Assembly (NCBI GenBank): GCA_965240325.2
Contig: OZ251225.1
Span: forward strand, 2,604,001-2,668,000
Reading direction: 5' to 3'
From: Rebecca billardiae RCC1528
Taxonomy: Eukaryota; Protista; Haptophyta
DNA: 64,000 nucleotides
Made by a program: the position numbers and the translations under genes. The notes below the pieces were generated by a model, which ran no database searches, was not told where the DNA came from, and saw only the letters and a program-made list of their open reading frames with translations. Shown piece after piece: positions 59,932 to 64,000 of this stretch (positions within the stretch are counted from its first letter, which is position 1; each line of letters begins with the position of its first letter).

Positions 59932-61616
59932 TCACACCTCCGCGGACGCATGCTCGATCGACCTCGGCCCGAGGCACGGCAGGCATGGGCCAAGGCACAG
60001 GCGGAGACACCTCGGCAGCCTGCTCGCGCGCCGGGGTGTTGGCGAGTCTGGAGGCGCGCCTGTGAGCGGCTTTGTGCTGTGCACGTCCTCCGCGCCGCTG
60101 CACGGCACGAGCGGGGCCTCGCTCGAGGCGCTCATCTCGCGGTGCACGAGCTCCACGCCGTCGCCAGCGTGTGTCGGCCGCGCGCGCTCGCGCAAGCTCG
60201 GCCGCTTGGCCGCCACGGCCGGCGGCGGGTCCCAGCTGCGCGCAGTCGACACGCACGGACGCGCGCAGGGGAGGAGGCCGCCGTTCGGCCGAGCAGGCGC
60301 GTGAGCCGCCAGCGCGGGACGCGCGAGGCCCCCCGCGCGAGGGCCCCACGCAGCACGCCCCGCTTCCCCGCGCGCGGACGTGACCCACGCGCCGCCCCGG
60401 GCGCGCGGCGCACCGCTTCTCGTGCGTCACGCGGTTGAACCACCAGGTGCGGCCGGCGTCTGTTACGTACTGCTCCCACACGTCATCCTCGTGGCGCGCC
60501 TCCTCCTGCGCGGCTCGGAGCAGCTCCCACAGCTCGGGCGAGCGCATCGCCTCGAGCAGCTGCGCGGAGCGCTGCTTGAGCAGCTCGCGCTTGTGCCCGA
60601 GCGTCGGCGACGTCTCGAGCAGCTGCATGTCCGTCATCAGCGCCGCCCACACCTCCGCCTTGTCCTCCGCGGCCGACGCGGTCGAGTACCGGTTGAGGAA
60701 GGCGTCGCTCTGCGCGGAGCCGATGTATCCCGAGGTCGAGTCCTCGCTGCGCATCACGGCGCCACCCTTGCCGTACTGGAAGCCCGCCGGGTTGAGCTGC
60801 TGCCTGCGCGGCGACGGCAACGAGACACGCGCCGGCGCGGGCAGAGCGCATGGCGCGCGAGCCGGACACACACGCCGCGTGAGCGACGGGCGGACTGGCG
60901 CGGCGGATGTGCCACCGGGAGCGCGGCCATCGCGCGCGGCAGGGCGCGCTCGCGCGCGTATCGCCTCGCCGAGCTCGGCCCGCCGCGCGCTGGCCGCGCG
61001 CCGCGCACCACTCGCTGTCCCCGAACTCGTAGTCGCGGCCGAGCATTGTGTAGTCGGCAAAGTGCCACAGCTCGTGGTGGAACGACGAGACGGCGCGGCG
61101 CTTGGGCTGGCGCTGGCAGTCGATGTACATCGTGCGCGAGTGGAAGGAAGGGACGTGCCCTCGCCGCTGCCCGCCGTAGTGTAGCCGGCTGCAGAAGATG
61201 ATGCGATCGAGCCCCGCCTTGGACGGGAAGCCCGACGGGTAGCGCAGGAACTCGGGCGCAATCTGCTCGATCGTGCGCACCATGTCCTCCGCGGAGGGGG
61301 GCTGGCCCGAGATGGTCTTGCACTCGGGCATATCCGATCCGAACGAGTGGGTGCACACCCAGCAGATGTGATCAAGCCCGTTGTCGCGCGCGGCGAGCTT
61401 GGCAGAGGGGGCAGCGGCCAGGCCTGAAGCAGTCAGCACCTCGGTTAGGTGCGCTGTCGGCGGCTGTGGCTGCGCCCACGTCTTCTGCCCGTTCTCCGCG
61501 TGCATCCAGAAGACTCGTCCGCCGTGCTCGGGCGACGCGTATGCCAGCCACGGCAGGCTGTCCAGGCCCTGCCCATCGAGGCGCCTGGCCGCGCCCGCAC
61601 TGCCACCACCCGCCAT
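59932..61616 (-). CDS. WW domain - zincin (HExxH) metallopeptidase-like domain - WW domain protein; exons 61616-61009, 60803-60414, 60235-59932
   Basis: WW1 is PWLAYASPEHGGRVFWMHAENGQKTWAQP. The core has FHHELWHFAD..W/QQLNPAGFQYG..FLNRYS..EDKAEVWA. WW2 is WEQYVTDAGRTWWFNRVTHEKR/WDPP. Both introns are phase-2 GT-AG. Confidence 0.85.
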
Positions 61617-61877
61617 GGCGGTTCCCCCGGGCGTGAGACGTGAAGATGCCCGTGTGGCCGTGTCGCCTCCACGGCGAAATGATTTACGAGAATGCGGGTA
61701 AAGGCGCCGCATCTGACCTTTTTGAAACGGTGGGTGGTCTTAAGCTTCGTCCAATCAACGGCCACTGTCTTCGCGAGTTCTCGGTGCGTTTAGTCGTTTA
61801 GTCGTCGCACATCCAGTTCGTCGCGGTGCGGCTCGCACCCGTCCGTCCGCACGCCGGGGTTCGCGTCGCTCCCGACG

Positions 61878-63107
61878 ATGCTCGGCCTTCTCGCGCTCGC
61901 GCCATGGCTCGCCAGGGCAGCCATGGGCGGAGCCAGCGACACTACCTTCGTGCACGCCGGTCGCGGCGACATGGGCTCCGACGCGCACTGCCCGCCCATC
62001 GATCTGAGCACAACCTATCCGATCCCGGACCTCGCGACCGCGACGGCGTCCATGAAGTCGCTCGGCTCGGGAGGGCATCCAAAGGGGTCCTCGATCTACC
62101 AGCGGATGCACAACCCCAACGTCGCTCGCTTCGAGCAGGCGCTCGCGTCGCTCGAGGCCACCGACGAGGCGGTCGCGTTTGCGTCCGGCATGGCGGCCCT
62201 CACCGCGGCGGTGCTGGCCGCGCGCACCAAGGACAAGAAGCACATCGTCGGCGTGCGCCCGCTGTACGCCGCGACGGACTCGCTGATCCTATGCGGCATG
62301 CTTGACGTCGAGGTCTCGTGGGCCACGCCCGACACCGTCGCCCAGCACATCCGCGACGACACGTGCCTCGTGCTCTGCGAGTCTCCCGCCAACCCCACGT
62401 GCACGATCATCGACATCGCGGCGGTGTGCAAGCAGGCGGGGGGCGTGCCCGTGCTGGTGGACTCCACGTTCGGCACGCCCGTTTGCCAGCAGCCCGCCAA
62501 GCTCGGCGCGGCCATGGTCGTGCACTCGTGCACCAAGGCCATCGGCGGGCATGGCGACATCCTGGGCGGAGTTGTCGCGTGCGACGGCGAGTGGGGCAAG
62601 AAGCTGCGACGCGTGCGCGCGCTCACCGGGGCCAACCTGCACCCGATGGCGGCGTACCAGCTGCACCGCGGTCTGCAGACGCTCCCAGTGCGCATGCGAG
62701 CCGCCGAGCACTCCGCCATCGAGATCGCCAAGCGGCTGGCCTCGAGCCCGCACGTCGAGCGCGTGAGCTTCCCTGGCGCGAGCGGCGGTCCGACTGACAA
62801 GCTCGTGGGCGCGGGGAAGCAGATGAGCGGGCCGGGAGCGATGATCGCGTTCGACCTCGCCGGAGGGTACGAGGCTGCGCGTGCGCTGATGAGCGCGGTG
62901 CGCCTCGTCACCCCGGCCGTCAGCCTGGGCACGACGGATACCCTCATCCAGCACCCAGCGGGGATGACGCACACCAGCCTGCCGCAGGACGCCAAGGATG
63001 CCGGCGGGATCGGCCCCGGGCTGATCCGGCTGAGCGTGGGCCTGGAGGATGTGGAGGACATCTGGGATGACCTCGCGCAGGCACTCGAGGTGGGAGCCGG
63101 GAGCTGA
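61878..63107 (+). CDS. PLP-dependent trans-sulfuration enzyme (cystathionine gamma-synthase/lyase or methionine gamma-lyase family), intronless
   Basis: PPIDLSTTY, IYQRMHNP, FASGMAA, ESPANP, VDSTFGTP, HSCTKAIGGHGD (PLP Lys), AVSLG..LIQHPA and LIRLSVGLED. Alternative start at 61923. Confidence 0.93.
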   Translation: MLGLLALAPWLARAAMGGASDTTFVHAGRGDMGSDAHCPPIDLSTTYPIPDLATATASMKSLGSGGHPKGSSIYQRMHNPNVARFEQALASLEATDEAVAFASGMAALTAAVLAARTKDKKHIVGVRPLYAATDSLILCGMLDVEVSWATPDTVAQHIRDDTCLVLCESPANPTCTIIDIAAVCKQAGGVPVLVDSTFGTPVCQQPAKLGAAMVVHSCTKAIGGHGDILGGVVACDGEWGKKLRRVRALTGANLHPMAAYQLHRGLQTLPVRMRAAEHSAIEIAKRLASSPHVERVSFPGASGGPTDKLVGAGKQMSGPGAMIAFDLAGGYEAARALMSAVRLVTPAVSLGTTDTLIQHPAGMTHTSLPQDAKDAGGIGPGLIRLSVGLEDVEDIWDDLAQALEVGAGS

Positions 63108-63765
63108 GGCGGCGGCGGAGGCGACGCGGGCACCTCGCTAGTGACTGCGATGATCTGTGCGCGCGGCCCGCCACTCGGCGCTCTGTTGCCAGGGTTGTCG
63201 GGGAGGAGCCCTGACTGCTGAGTGTCAGTGAGGCAGCAGGGCTGGTTGCTGCTGGTCGCGTGGGCCCGGGCGCCGCGCCGCTGGCAGCACCGCCATACAT
63301 CAGCCCAGGGCCCAGGCCGCCGCCAGGCTCAGCGCCGGCGGCGCAGCGCGCGCATCGCGCCGCCCGTCCCGTTACGGACGGCCCTGATGCCGCCTGGCGG
63401 GCTGGAGGTGCCCATCATGTGTGATGTGGCATGTGCCGCCCTGAGCTCGTCTGCGAAGTAGTGCGAGCGCGCGGCGATCTGCGATGACGATCGTCATCGT
63501 GCGCGCGCGACTTCACGGGTAGTGGCGCTTCAGGTTACGAAATGCCAGCCCGATCCGCTTTAATTATTAATACACCGGCCGAGCCGGCGCGGGTCAGCGG
63601 CTAACTGCTACAAGATTGCTGCGCCAGAAATAATAATATCGCGTATTATAATATATATATGTAATTATTTACGGAGGCTTGCGGCCCCCGATGCCATGAT
63701 GACTGATCGGTCCGCGGACTGCTACTCTAAGTTAAGGCTACTACTGACGACGACTGCACTTTAGA

Positions 63766-63767
<2 letters not shown>

Positions 63768-63843
<76 letters not shown>
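63768..63843. repeat. (AT)n microsatellite
   Basis: Directly visible. Confidence 0.97.
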
Positions 63844-63850
<7 letters not shown>

Positions 63851-64000
63851 CAGGGAACGCGTCTTGAGGCATGACGGTCGAGGTCGCGTGACGAGCTTCG
63901 GCTCTTGTTTGCGGTGGTGAGCACAACGTGTTTTCGTGTGCTTGGGCTCATGTTTCGTTCATTTCAGAATTTTCTGGAATGCTTCGAGATGCCGCCGCAG

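Overview
This is GC-rich eukaryotic nuclear DNA with short (about 105-205 nt) CG-rich spliceosomal introns. It is probably from a flagellated alga with a complex plastid, most like a haptophyte. That assignment is inferred from composition, a CFAP157 homologue and a bipartite-type presequence. About 24 protein-coding genes can be supported. They include an atypical TSH-loop MAP kinase, a Cys2/MetX-family acyltransferase, Yippee, a roughly 2,090-aa coiled-coil protein, a GT77-like glycosyltransferase, a LamG-like membrane protein, CFAP157, a CCA-adding enzyme and a mid-SUN protein. They also include a sulfotransferase, a Tudor plus degenerate PHD protein, a TMEM185-like RING protein, a DUF5695 protein, a Rieske protein, ROMO1/Mgr2, MFAP1, a WW-zincin-WW protein and a PLP trans-sulfuration enzyme. 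Most genes sit in tight head-to-head pairs. The pairs are separated by AT-rich spacers carrying (TA)n microsatellites, MITE-like elements and inverted or tandem repeats. The best candidates for something undescribed are four: a divergent pair of paralogous acidic microproteins (47069-48119), a bacterial-type zinc metallopeptidase domain between two WW domains, a hairpin-dense candidate structured RNA (about 11100-11520), and recurrent complementarity between intron ends. No rRNA, tRNA or CRISPR array was recognised. Exon boundaries were read by eye and family calls come from remembered motifs, not database searches.
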